In this document: positions 1 to 11,466 of the stretch, piece after piece
Numbering within the stretch: the stretch's first letter is position 1
How the letters are laid out: each line of letters starts with the position of its first letter
Assembly (NCBI RefSeq): GCF_018350175.1
Contig: NC_058368.1
Location: 88,290,001 to 88,354,000, forward strand
DNA from: Felis catus
Lineage: Eukaryota
Length of the DNA stretch: 64,000 nucleotides
Reading direction: 5' to 3'
Made by a program: the position numbers and the translations under genes
The notes under the pieces: generated by a model
The model's database searches: none
What the model was told of the DNA's origin: nothing
The model's input: only the letters and a program-made list of their open reading frames with translations

Positions 1-103
1 GTATTTACCACAATTAAAAAAAACAGTTTAAAGACAAAACAGTAAGTGAAAACATTAGTCTTGGAGAACATAACCAAGACATCATAAAAGTTTGGCTCCA
101 GAA

Positions 104-302
104 TTTTTTTTTTTAACGTGAAATTTATGGTCAAATTGGTTTCCATACAATACCCAGTGCTCATCCCAACAGGTGCCCTTCTCAATACCCATCACCCACC
201 CTCCCCTCCCTCCCACCCCCCATCAACCCTCAGTTTATTCTCAGTTTTTAAGAGTCTCTTATGGTTTGGCTCCCTCCCTCTCTAACTTTTTTTTTCCTTC
301 CC
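104..302 (-). mobile_element. Carnivore L1 3'-end fragment
   Basis: Nearly the same sequence as the L1 3' end at 8340-8520 (tcaaattggtttccata...cccagtgctcatcccaacaggtgcc); T-rich tail. Confidence 0.85.
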
Positions 303-659
303 AAAATTCTTTTAAACATTGGTTGGAGAAGCTTCTCAATGTATGTTCTCTGTAGATTCCCTGCGGATGTGACCGGAATGCCACCTGGATCACAAGTGCC
401 TTCCCTGTACGGGGCCCTGCTATGGACACCCTGTGGGCCCGCTAGCCCGTGGTCACCCCCACCTTTTCTCTTCCACCCCCGGCTGGAGTGTCTCGCCAGC
501 CGCTCAGCTCTTCTGTTGTCCCTTCCACACTCTCTCTACTGGTTATCCTATTTTCCTCGTGATTTCAACATCAGAGATTCTAGTTTCCATGGTGATGTCT
601 TGAGAGGTTTTGTCTCTTTCTAGTCTTTTTGCATTTTTTCCAGTTTGCATTTTTGGCTC

Positions 660-690
<31 letters not shown>

Positions 691-3052
691 TCCTCATTGC
701 TGTTTTGACTAGGTTACTCCCTGCCTGTCATTATTGGAATTTTAGTCTGATTGAGAATACCAGGAAAGTGCACAGATTACCCTGAAACCAAGGCATTTAA
801 GTTGCTGCCTGATTCTCATGAGTGATGCTCTGGGGCTCACTCAGTGAGGTGTGGGCGCTGTGTCCCTGGCATGCTCACTCCTGCAGTGGCCTCGCCAAGG
901 CCTGTGCAGAGAGTGGCTAAGGGCCAAAGGCCGGCTGGCATTCTGGTCGGGACTTGCAGTCTTCTGCTCAATTGGTACGGCATTCAGCAGTGCTTCCAGC
1001 GATTCCATCCAAATGGGGACAGGTTATGTGTGGTGCCCTCTCTGTGCACACACTGCATTAGCAGGTGTATTCCTGGTAGCACAGAGCACACATCCTGACC
1101 TAAACCCTCGCTTGTAGACCTGCTTCTGGCTGGTGCCTCCAAGCAAGTTGCCCAGATGGCTAGTGATTACTCACCTCTTAGCAGGGAGCCTACTCCATGT
1201 AAAAAGGTCTCTTTAGCTGGGTCTCCAGGGGCCCTGGATGGCAAAGGAGGGTAACAGAGGACAGATAAAACATTCAAGTGATGCAGGCGCTAAAGGCCAC
1301 AAAGATGCTCTGGCCCCGACTGCAGCTCTCTCAGCTTCTTGCCAGAATACAGGGCCAATGACAGCAGATGAACCACTCAGGTCCCTCTTGTCACTGTGGG
1401 GCCTGACAGCACTCGGCACACTGCAGCACTCAGTGAATAGTTCTCGCATGTTACATGGAACGAATGTGGTTATGTTCAATCATTCTTAAATTCCTGGGAT
1501 AAAGTGTACTTGGGTGGATGTATGCTGTTTCTGGGACAAACTATTTGGCCATGCCAAATTGCAGTTTTGAAAACTTAATACCTCCAGCGACTTAAATTAA
1601 CACATTAGTCATACACTGATTTCCCACATGTACTTGGGCCCCGTTTTGAGTGTCTTATGCACAGACACACACTATCCCGTATCCATGGCCTGTTATAATG
1701 AGGCAACATTTCAGTGTCTGCTGGGGTAATTCCCCCCATGTCACTGGCCTTCATATGTAGCTTTATTCCTCAGTGTTCTTTCTTCTGTTTTGATATAAAC
1801 CTCAAAATCAACTATTTAGCTCCAGAAATACACACACATGTGCGCACACACACATGCCTGCATGCACACACACATGCACACACACTCATGCACACGTGCA
1901 TGCACACACTAGGGTTGCTTTGCCTGAGAAAGACTGTGTTAACATTTGTTCAAATCTACTTTTTCTTGTTCTTTCTCCCTCCCCACCCCCCACAGGAGCA
2001 TTTTAAACATTTCCTCATATGGACGTTCACATTTCTTGTTAAGGCTGTAGGTATCTTCTCTCTTTCGCCGCTACTGTAACAGGTGTCTTCCCTTCTGCTA
2101 TGTCTCCTGGCCAGAACCCGTTCTGCTTTTGTCATGTTTTGTCTGGTGGCTTTACCGAGTATTCTTACCATCTCTGGGAGTTGCACATTGTCCTCTTGTG
2201 TGCTCTGGATGTGCTCTAAGTTTTCTGACATAGTTTTAATGTCTCTTTCCTGCTTGCCCGGATGGTTCTCTTGTGCAGCTGTGGTGGCTGCTGTTCCAGT
2301 GGTGTGAAGGGTCAGGAGACACAGGAGCGATGTTCCTGTGACCCAGCCTTAGCAGGAATGCACTGTTTCCCCACCAAGGAAAGGACGGCTTTTAGGCCAA
2401 GGCAGTGTGTACCTTACTAGCAATAGCTATCTTTACTTTCTTTCCTTTTATTTTTGGAAAATGGGTTTTGAATTTGTTAAAAGCCTCTTCATTAATATTA
2501 GTCTCATTAAGGAAGTAATTAATATGTGAATTACACCTATGGGGTCCTTGCATTCCTGAAGTAAATCCTACTTGATTACAACGTGCTATCTTAAAGTTGG
2601 ATTCTGGCGGCTAGTCCTTCACCAGGACTTCTGAACTGTAAGCTGGACTGTGGCAGTCCCCTGCTTACGTGTGGTCAGGTGTGTTCATGCACGTGCACCA
2701 CCAGGGTGAGTCTGGAAGCCTCTCCCCAGTCTGCGTGTGGGCTGCGTAGCAGCACAGGGATAGCCCTCAGCAGAAGGTTTGACAGGTTCCCAAGGAACCC
2801 TCAACCAAGGGCTTTTACATTCCTTCTGAAACGTCTCCACTTCTTCTCCAGACTTTGGCCTATTTGAACCTTCCATCTCTACTGTGGTTACCTTTGGTAA
2901 ATTACTTTCTTTCTAAAAAGTGAAATGTTTAATTTTAAAATTATTTACATAGAATTATACAATACCTTTTATGATTTCAGAGATTTTTTTCTTTAATATT
3001 TCCCCCTTTTCATTTCTTGTTTTGTGTATTTTTTGCTCTCAGCTTATATCTT

Positions 3053-3286
3053 TTTTTTTTTATAATTTTTTTATAGTTTTTTTTTCAACGTTTATTTATT
3101 TTTTTGGGGACAGAGAGAGAGCATGAACGGGGGAGGGGCAGAGAGAGAGGGAGACACAGAATCGGAAATAGGCTCCAGGCTCTGAGCCATCAGCCTAGAG
3201 CCTGACGCGGGGCTCGAACTCCCGGACCGCGAGATCGTGACCTGGCTGAAGTCGGACGCTTAACCGACTGCGCCACCCAGGCGCCC
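3053..3286 (-). mobile_element. CanSINE (young SINEC_Fc-like, CpG-rich)
   Basis: tRNA-derived head (ggggcgcctgggtggcgcagtcggttaagcgtccgact on minus), (CT)n body, poly(A), TSD cagcttatatctt. Confidence 0.95.
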
Positions 3287-3299
3287 CAGCTTATATCTT

Positions 3300-3521
3300 T
3301 TTTTTAATGTTTATTTATTTTTGAGAGAGAAAGTGAAAGAGAGAGAGAGAGACAGAGTGTGAGCAGGGGAGGGGCAGAGAGCAAGGGAGACACAGGATCC
3401 AAAGCAGGCTCCAGGCTCTGAGCTGTCAGCAGAGCCCAATGTGGGGCTCAAACCCACAAACCGCGAGATCATGACCTGAGTCAAAGTCTGGCACTTAACT
3501 GACTGAGCCACCCAGGGGCCC
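3300..3521 (-). mobile_element. CanSINE
   Basis: SINEC head, CT tract and tail; same TSD cagcttatatctt as its neighbour. Confidence 0.95.
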
Positions 3522-3948
3522 CAGCTTATATCTTGATGAAGTTAGTGACTTCTTACTTTTTGATTTTTTTTCCAAAACCAGATGTTTAGAATGTTAGTTT
3601 TGGTGTTTTCTTGGCATTTGGCCCCCTGATTTCTGTGTTCATCTTTTTGGTTCTTCCAAATGCCTACTCTCAGCTCACATCTTTCAATTTTCATATTGGA
3701 AATTTGGGTACTTAAAAACTCTTTGACACTGACAGTTCTGAGCATTTAAAACTCTGCTGGCTTTGGCTGCACCTGGATTCAGTGTCCCGACACTGATGGC
3801 CGGCTGGCCTGTGCTTCTCCCCTTGCTGCCTGTCACCCTGATAAGGCCACTGAGTGCCAGGCGATATACACACTCTGTCTTCATGAGGGGGCCTGTGCTC
3901 TGAGTGGACAGACGACATAGCACCTCCAGGATGCTCACTTGGTAAACA

Positions 3949-3954
3949 TTTAAT
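3949..3954 (-). promoter_or_regulatory. Probable PRSS38 polyadenylation signal ATTAAA
   Basis: ATTAAA on the minus strand about 80 nt after the PRSS38 stop codon. Confidence 0.5.
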
Positions 3955-4034
3955 ATCTTACCACATCTCAGCCCAGAGCACTGGGCCCTTTTGTGGTGAG
4001 ATGTGGCCCCACATCTGGGCCTGGCCGGTGGCCC

Positions 4035-4289
4035 TCACAACATTAACAGGACAGCTAGCATGGTCACAGGGACACTGAGGGTGGCGCATAGCATGGAGGA
4101 GAGGGTGGGGAGTGGCTGAAGAGGCAGGGGTGTGTGCTCTATGTGATAATGGATCCACTTTGAGAAATAGGAGACCCGCGCATAAACTGCAGGATACATA
4201 GGGTATGTGCAGCCACGGCCCCAGCTCACCACTCCAACCTGCAACCAGGTGTGGTTGAATTCACAGACGAGTGGGCCACCAGAGTCACC
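4035..4289 (-). CDS. PRSS38: PRSS38 exon 5 (catalytic Ser, hydrophobic C-terminal tail)
   Basis: [46 protein letters not shown]...[14 protein letters not shown]. The spliced CDS is 993 nt with no internal stop. The hydrophobic tail suggests a GPI or membrane anchor. Confidence 0.95.
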   Translation of the reverse strand, partial: GDSGGPLVCEFNHTWLQVGVVSWGRGCTYPMYPAVYARVSYFSKWIHYHIEHTPLPLQPLPTLSSMLCATLSVPVTMLAVLLML

Positions 4290-4721
4290 CTGGAAAAGAG
4301 AGGGGGTTCCTGTGAATGGGAAGTTCAGGGTCTGCAGCCTCCTGCATCCCACACACTCAGCCCCACTTTGCCGGTGCCAAGCTCTGCTGCAGGCGGGCTG
4401 TGCTCCAGGCACTGTCCTGCCAGTGGGGGTGGGGGTGGGGACGGTGCCATGGGGTGACAGACAGTGGGCAAGGCCCCGGGCAGACGTGGAGCCTGGGCTG
4501 TTCTGGCAGTGCTGGGGTCCACGGGGTGTTGAGTGCTAACTGGAGTCGCATAAGCCACCCAAGACTCCCGCCCAGCTGAAGGCCACATGGTGATGTGCTC
4601 CTGAGCCCTACAGGAGACAGGCCATCCGGGACCACCTCCCACTCCTGAAGTGCCCCCTGGCTCAAAGCAGGTGAACATCTGAGAGCCCCAGGCTTGGCCC
4701 CTGCCCCTCAGAGGGAAGCAC

Positions 4722-4864
4722 CTCGCACACAGTCTTCATGTTCTTGATGTCCCCGGCACACAGCATGTCCATCATAATATATGACAGGTGTCCGTAGAGC
4801 AGCTGGCACAGGGGCAGTGAGATCAGGGGCATCTGTGCCTCCTGCAGCTTGTCTGAGGTGTGGC
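4722..4864 (-). CDS. PRSS38: PRSS38 exon 4
   Basis: cag/gt boundaries; GHTSDKLQEAQMPLISLPLCQLLYGHLSYIMMDMLCAGDIKNMKTVCE; 143 nt. Confidence 0.95.
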
Positions 4865-7084
4865 CTGTCGGAAAGAAGTGCAGGCCCAGTGAGGGGTCCC
4901 CAAGGCACCTGTGATCCTGGGGCCCAGCTGGCTCACCCTGAGGCTCCTCCTGCTCCCGACCTCCTCATGGCTCCCTCTCTGCACTGGGGTGCCTGGTTTG
5001 CTAAGTGGGTATGAAATATATGTGTCACGTGAGTCTTTCTAAAGCAGCGGGAAGGGCCACACCACGTTCTAGCCTGTTCCCTCCCACTGCTGCAGCTGGG
5101 GACCAAACAAGCCTCTGTCAGCCCAGTCCCCAGGTGGCTGAGTGGAGGGCACTGTGTGCAAAATAAAGAACCTCTGGGTTTTGCCGGTGTCACCCCTGCG
5201 TGCTTCAGTCTACCCTGATGGGCACAGTCATTGGTCCCAGAAACCTGTGCTCTCCTGGCCCATGTATGAGAGGTTCTCATGGCTCTGGGCATCGCTCTGA
5301 CTGAAGAAAAGCTGTTTGCACAGGCTGCAGACCTGTGCGACCCTGGTGTCAAAGGGGTGCCCATTTGGGGAAGGCACAGCACCCTCCAGGGGCACCTGGG
5401 GAACCACTTTTGGAGCTAGAGAAGGTGACCCAAAGCAGGAGTCAGCAGCGTTTGCGGTTGACGCTGGCTGCGCAGGCAGGGCAATGTCAGGAGAGGAGCC
5501 ACGGACAAGGCAGGTGGTGCAAACGGGCATGCAGAGCAACAGAGCACCCACAAACCAGGGTTTGCAGTGTTGGAAGAGGCAGCCCAATAAAGTGCATCGG
5601 GAAATACGCTGGCTGTAAACCTCTCAGGGCCTCCACTGTGACCACGCAGGGCAACAAGGAGTGCACTTCTCTCCTGCCATAAGCAAGCAGCAATGTGTCT
5701 GCACAGGACACAACTGCTTTCCTACATTGTGGCTGTCCAGGGAACACATAGCAGATGAGGCAAGACCTCAAGGGACCCATGCCCCTCGGGTGGGGAACGT
5801 CCCCAGGTACCTGGGCAGCTGGAACCCCAAGGTGGACACCACAAGGAGGGTGTTGCAGAGAGAAGGAGGCCCAGAGGGCACAGAGTCTCGGCTCCCTCAG
5901 CTTGCTGCTGGGTCCTGAGCCGTGCGTGCAGAGGGTACAGACAATCCCATGGGGAGGATGGGCAGAGGATGGTGGGGTGGACTCCACAGCCCCCAGAGCT
6001 CACAGGGGCCTGGGATACCGAGTTCCAGCCATCCCAGAGTGGAGAGGCTTGCTGACCACCCAGACAGTGGTAGAGACAGAGGACGTGTGGTGTAAGCTAT
6101 CCATCACACTCTCACGGCCGCCACAGCCCCATGCAGCTGGTGGACGGAGGACCAAACTGATGAGCCTGGCAGAGCACAAGGGAAGAGGTGGAAGGAAGAT
6201 GTGCATGGAAAGCGGTCAGCAATAATTTCAATGGCTTGTGTAGGTGTGGCCAGCACACCAGCTCAGAATGCTCGGAAGCCACAGGAGAGGTTTGCACTCA
6301 CTAGTAGGTCTTTCCTCTAAGTCTCCACCGAGAGCCATGGGACAATACAGGAGACAGGGCAGGGGTCCAGAGAGAGAGCCCCTCCACGCAGGAGGCCAGG
6401 GGATGGCCAGCTGCCACCGGAGGACTGCAAGAGCACAGCTTGCTTCCTTTTTCACCTGTGGACCATGAGCCTTCCATTGGTCGGGAGGACCAAAAGATAC
6501 TCTTGTCCCAGGACACAGAGTCGAGTGCAGCTGCCCCAGGTGTGCCAGCAACTGTGCACAGAGGCCCATTTCCAATGGGCCCACAGCACTGCCAGGGACC
6601 AAGGCTGGACCAGGGCAACTCAGGGATCCTCCTCCCCAGCACCAGTTGCCCTCCAGAGGGTAGGCGACAACGTGCCACGGGTGTGCAGAGGTGCTGAGGT
6701 GAAAGGAGGAGCAGGAACAGACAGACACCCCAGGCCCCACATCCAGCAGCCACCACGGAGGGACCTGAGCCTCTGGTGCACTGAAGGCAGCCAGAGCAAC
6801 AGCAGAACCTGCAACCCAGCTCAAATTCTCACCAGACTGCCCCGCCCTCGCCACCCCACTAATGACTCAGCAGAGAAGGGTCTATTCTGGGGCTCACAGG
6901 CTTCAGTTCTAAATGTTCTATAATGTCTGGCATTCAACAAAAATGTAACAGATACACATGCATGCACACACTCACACATGAACTCACACCCATGCACGTG
7001 CACCCCTCACCCCATATGCATACATGCACGTGCACACACCTGTACACACACATGCACACACACATGTACAAAGGCACACGTGTA

Positions 7085-8020
7085 CACAGGTGGTCTATGA
7101 ATCTGTCCTTGTGCTAGAATCACATTGTCTTGATATCTATAACTTTACAGTATTTTGAAAGTGGGAACTGTGAGTCTGTCCAGCTTTGATCTTCTCCTCC
7201 AAGAGTGTGTTTTGGCTACATAGGGACCCTTCCAATTCCATATGAACTTAAGAACCAACTTTTCCATTTCTTCAGAAAAGGCACTGGACATGCAGGCCAC
7301 TTTGGGTGGTGCTGACATTGTGACAATTTTGTCTTCTAACCCGTGAACAGAAGCTGCCTTTCCATTTATTTAGGTCTTTCAAAATCCCCCTCGGCAATGT
7401 TTTGTAGCACTTGGTTTACAGGTCTCCACCTCCTTGGCTGAATTTACTAAAGGTAGCTTTTTTTTCAGATGATGTAGTATTATTTTCTTAATGTCATTTT
7501 GTGATTGTTCACTGAAGGCATATAGAAACTCAGTTAACTTTTGTGTGTGTTGATCTTTATCCTGCAACTTTGCTGAAATTGTTTCTTGTTTGTAGTGGTT
7601 GGTTTTATGTGTTGGTTTTTAGGATTACTTGGAATTTGGGTGACTTTTGTTTCTTTTTCTTGCCTAATTTAACCGTCTGAAGCTTCTGGTACAATACAAA
7701 ATGTCAGCGGTGAGAGTGGCCTTCTTATCCTGCTCATGATTTTAGGCGTCAGTTGTCCACCTTTCTCTGCTGGGTAAGATACTGGCTGCGGGTTGTTCAT
7801 AAATGTCCTTAGTCGTGCCAAGGAAGTACTCCCCTCTTCCTACTTTTTGACTGGCTTTTTTTTCTTCATGAAAGGACATTGGATCCAGTCAGAGGCTTTT
7901 CTGCATCACTTGAGCTGAACATATGGGTTCCCCCTTCATTCCTTTAATGTGGTGTGTTCTATTGGTTAATTTTTGCATGCTGAGCCTCCTTTGTATTCCT
8001 GGGACAAATAACACTTTGTT
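7085..8020 (-). mobile_element. Old L1 ORF2 remnant
   Basis: T-rich, degenerate L1 ORF2 antisense motifs; continues at 11467 after the younger insertions. Confidence 0.7.
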
Positions 8021-8035
8021 GAAGTGTATAATCCT

Positions 8036-8243
8036 TTTTTAATGTTTATTTATTTACTTTTTGAGGGAGAGAGAGAACTCAAGTGGGTGTGTAGGAGAGA
8101 GAGAGGGCAAGAGAAATCCCAAGCAGGCTCCGTGCTGTCAGCCCAGAACCCGATGCCAGGCACAAGCTCACGAACCATGAGATCATGACCTGAGTTGAAA
8201 CCAAGAGTCAGACACTTAACCGACCAAGCCACCCAGATGCCCC
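8036..8243 (-). mobile_element. CanSINE
   Basis: SINEC structure; TSD aagtgtataatcctttt on both sides. Confidence 0.92.
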
Positions 8244-8272
8244 AAAGTGTATAATCCTTTTAATGTGCTGTT

Positions 8273-11200
8273 TTTTTATTTTGATGGCATAATGGTATGT
8301 ATGTATGTATGTTTGTATGTATGTATTAATTATATAATTTATTGTCAAATTGGTTTCCATAAAACACCCAGTGCTCATCCCAACAGGTGCCCTCCTCAAT
8401 GCCCATCACCCACTTTCCCCTCTCCCCCACCCTCCCATCAACCCTCAGTTTATTCTCAGTATTTAAGAGTCTCTTATGGTTTGCCCCCTTCCCTATATGT
8501 AACTTTTTTTTCTCCTTCCCCTCCCCCATGGTTTTCTGTTAAGTTTCTCAGGATCCACATAAGAGTGAAAACATATGGTATCGGTCTTTCTCTGTATGAC
8601 TTATTTCACTTAGCATAATACCCTCCAGTTCCATCCATGTTGCTGCAAAAGGCCAGGTTTTATTCTTTCTCATTGCCAAGTAGTATTCCATTGTATATAT
8701 AAACCACATCTTCTGTATCCATTTGTCAGTTGATGGACATTTAGGCTCTTTCCATAATTTGGCTATTGTTGACAGTGCTGCTATAAACATTGGGGTACAA
8801 GTGCCCCTATGCATCAGCACTCGTGTATCCCTTGGGTAAATTCCTAGCAGTGCTATTGCTGGCTCATCAGGTAGATCTATTTTTAATTTTTTGAGGAACC
8901 TCCATACTGTTTTCCAGAGTGGCTGCACCAGTTTGCATTCCCACTAACAGTGCAACAGTTTCTCCACATCCCCTCCAGCATCTGTAGTCTCCTGATTTGT
9001 TCATTTTAGCCACTCTGACTGGCGAGAAGTGGTATCTCAGTGTGGTTTTGATTTGTATTTCCCTGATGAGAAGTGACATTGAGCATCTTTTCATGTACCT
9101 GTTGGCCATCTAGATGTCTTCTTTAGAGAAGTATCTATTCATGTCTTCTGCCCATTTCTTCACTGGATTATTTGTTTTCTGGGTGTGGAGTTTGGTGAGT
9201 TCTTTATAGATTTTGGATACTAGCCCTTTGTCTGATATGTCATTTGCAAATCTTTTCCCATTCCGTCGGTTGCCTTTTAGTTTTGTTGATTGTTTCCTTT
9301 GGAGTGCAGAAGCTATTTATCTGGATGTGGTCCCAATAGTTCATTTTTGCGTTTAATTCCCTTGCTTTTGGCGATGTGTCAAGTAAGAAATTGCTGCTGC
9401 CTAGGTCAGAGAGGTTTTTTTCCTGCTTTCTCCTCTAGGGCTTTGATGGTTTCCTGTCTCACATTCAGGTCCTGTATCCATTTTGAGTTTATTTTTGTGA
9501 ATGGCGTAAGAAAGTGGTCCAGGTTCATTCTTCTGCATGTTGCTGTCCAGTTCTCCCAGCACCATTTCTTAAAGACACTGTCTTTTTTCCATTGGATATT
9601 CTTTCCTGCTTTGTCAAAGATTAGTTGGCCATACATTTGTGGATCCAATTCTGGGGTCTCTATTCTATTCCATTGGCCTATGTGTCTGTTTTTGTGCCAA
9701 TATCATGCTGTCTTGATGATGACAGCTTTGTAGTAGAGGCTAATGTCTGGGATTGTGATGCCTCCCGCTTTGGTCTTCTTCTTCAGTATTACTTTGGCTA
9801 TTTGGGTTCCATACAAATTTTAGGATTGCCTGTTCTAGCTTCGAGAAGAATGCTGGTGCAATTTTGATTGGGATTGCATTGAATATATAGATTGCTTTGG
9901 TAGTGTTGACATTTTAACAATATTTATTCTTCCAATCCATGATCATGCAAGGTTTTTCCATTTCTTTGTATCTTCTTCAATTTCCTTCATAAGCTTTCTA
10001 TAGTTTTCAGCATACAGATCTTTTACATCTTTGATTAGGTTTATTCCTAGGTATTTTATGATTCTTGGTGCAATTGTGAATGGCATCAGTTTCTTTATTT
10101 CTCTTTCTGTTGCTTCATTATTGGTGTATAAAAATGTAACTGATCTCTGTACATTAATTTCGTATCCTGGACTTTGCTGAATTCATGTATCAGTTCTAGC
10201 AGACTTTTGGTGGAATCTATCGAGTTTTCCTGTATAATATCAGGTCATCTGCAAAAAGTGAAAGCTTGACTTAATCTTTGCCAATTTTGATGCCTTTGAT
10301 TTCCTTTTGTTGTCTGATTGCTGATGCTAGGACTTCCAACACTATGTTAAACAACAGCGGTGGGAGTAGACATCCCTGTCGTGTTCCTGATCTCAGGGGG
10401 AAAGCTCTCTGTTTTTCCCCATTGAGGATGATATTAGCTGTAGGTTTTTCATAAATGGCTTTTATGATGTTTAAGTATGTTCCTTTTCTCCTGACTTTCT
10501 CGAGGGTTTTTATTAAGAAAGGATGCTGTATTTTGTCAACTGCTTTTTCTGCATCGATTGACAGGATCTTATGTTTCTTTTCTTTTCTTTTCTTTTCTTT
10601 TCTTTTATTAATGTGATGTATCACATTGATTGATTTGCAAATGTTGAACCAGCTCTGCAGCCCAGGAAAGAATCCCATTTGATCATGGTGAATAATTCTT
10701 TTTATATGCTGTTGAATTCGATTTGCTAGTATCTTATTGAGAATTTTTGCATCCATATTCATCAGGGATATTGGCCTGTAGTTCTCTTTTTTGCTGGATT
10801 TCTGGTTTGGGAATCAAAGTAATGCTGGCTTCATAGAATGAGTCTGGAAGTTTTCCTTTCCTTTCTATTTTTTGGTACAGCTTGAGAAGGATAGGTATTA
10901 TCTCTGCTTTAAATGTCTGGTGCAATTCCCCACAGAAGCCATCTGGTCCTGGACTCTTATTTGTTGGTAGATTTTTGATAACTGATTCAATTTCTTCACT
11001 AGTTATGGGTCTGTTCAAATTTTCTATTTCCTCCTGATTGAGTTTTGGAAGTGTGTGGGTGTTTAGGAATTTGTCTATTTCTTCCAGGTTGTCCAGTTGG
11101 CATATAAATGTTAAGTACTTCTTTTATAAAAGAATAAATGGCATATAATTTTTCATAGTATTCCCTGATAATTGCTTGTATTTCTGAGGGATTGGTTGTA

Positions 11201-11466
11201 ATAATGCTATTTTCATTTGTGATTTTATCTATTTGGGTCATCTCCCTTTTCTTTTTGAGAAGCCTGACTAGAGGTTTATCAATTTTGTTTATGTTTTAAA
11301 AAAACCAAATCTTGGTTTCATTGATCTGCTCTACTGTGTTTTTAGATTCTGTATTGTTTATTTCTGCTCTGATCTTTATTATTTCTCTTCTTCTGCTGGG
11401 TTTGGGGTGTCTTTGCCATTCTGCTGCTATTTCCTTTAGGTGTGCTGTTAGATTTTGTATTTGGGA
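8273..11466 (-). mobile_element. Young 5'-truncated carnivore L1 (ORF2 reverse transcriptase and C-terminus, 3'UTR)
   Basis: ORF fragments [51 protein letters not shown]; frameshifted; apparent TSD tttaatgtg(c/t)tgtt at 8259-8272 and 11467-11480. Confidence 0.95.

Noticed and set aside
3311..3511. Short MAQSVK... ORFs and tRNA-like A/B boxes
   Set aside because: They derive from tRNA-related CanSINE heads, not genes or tRNAs.
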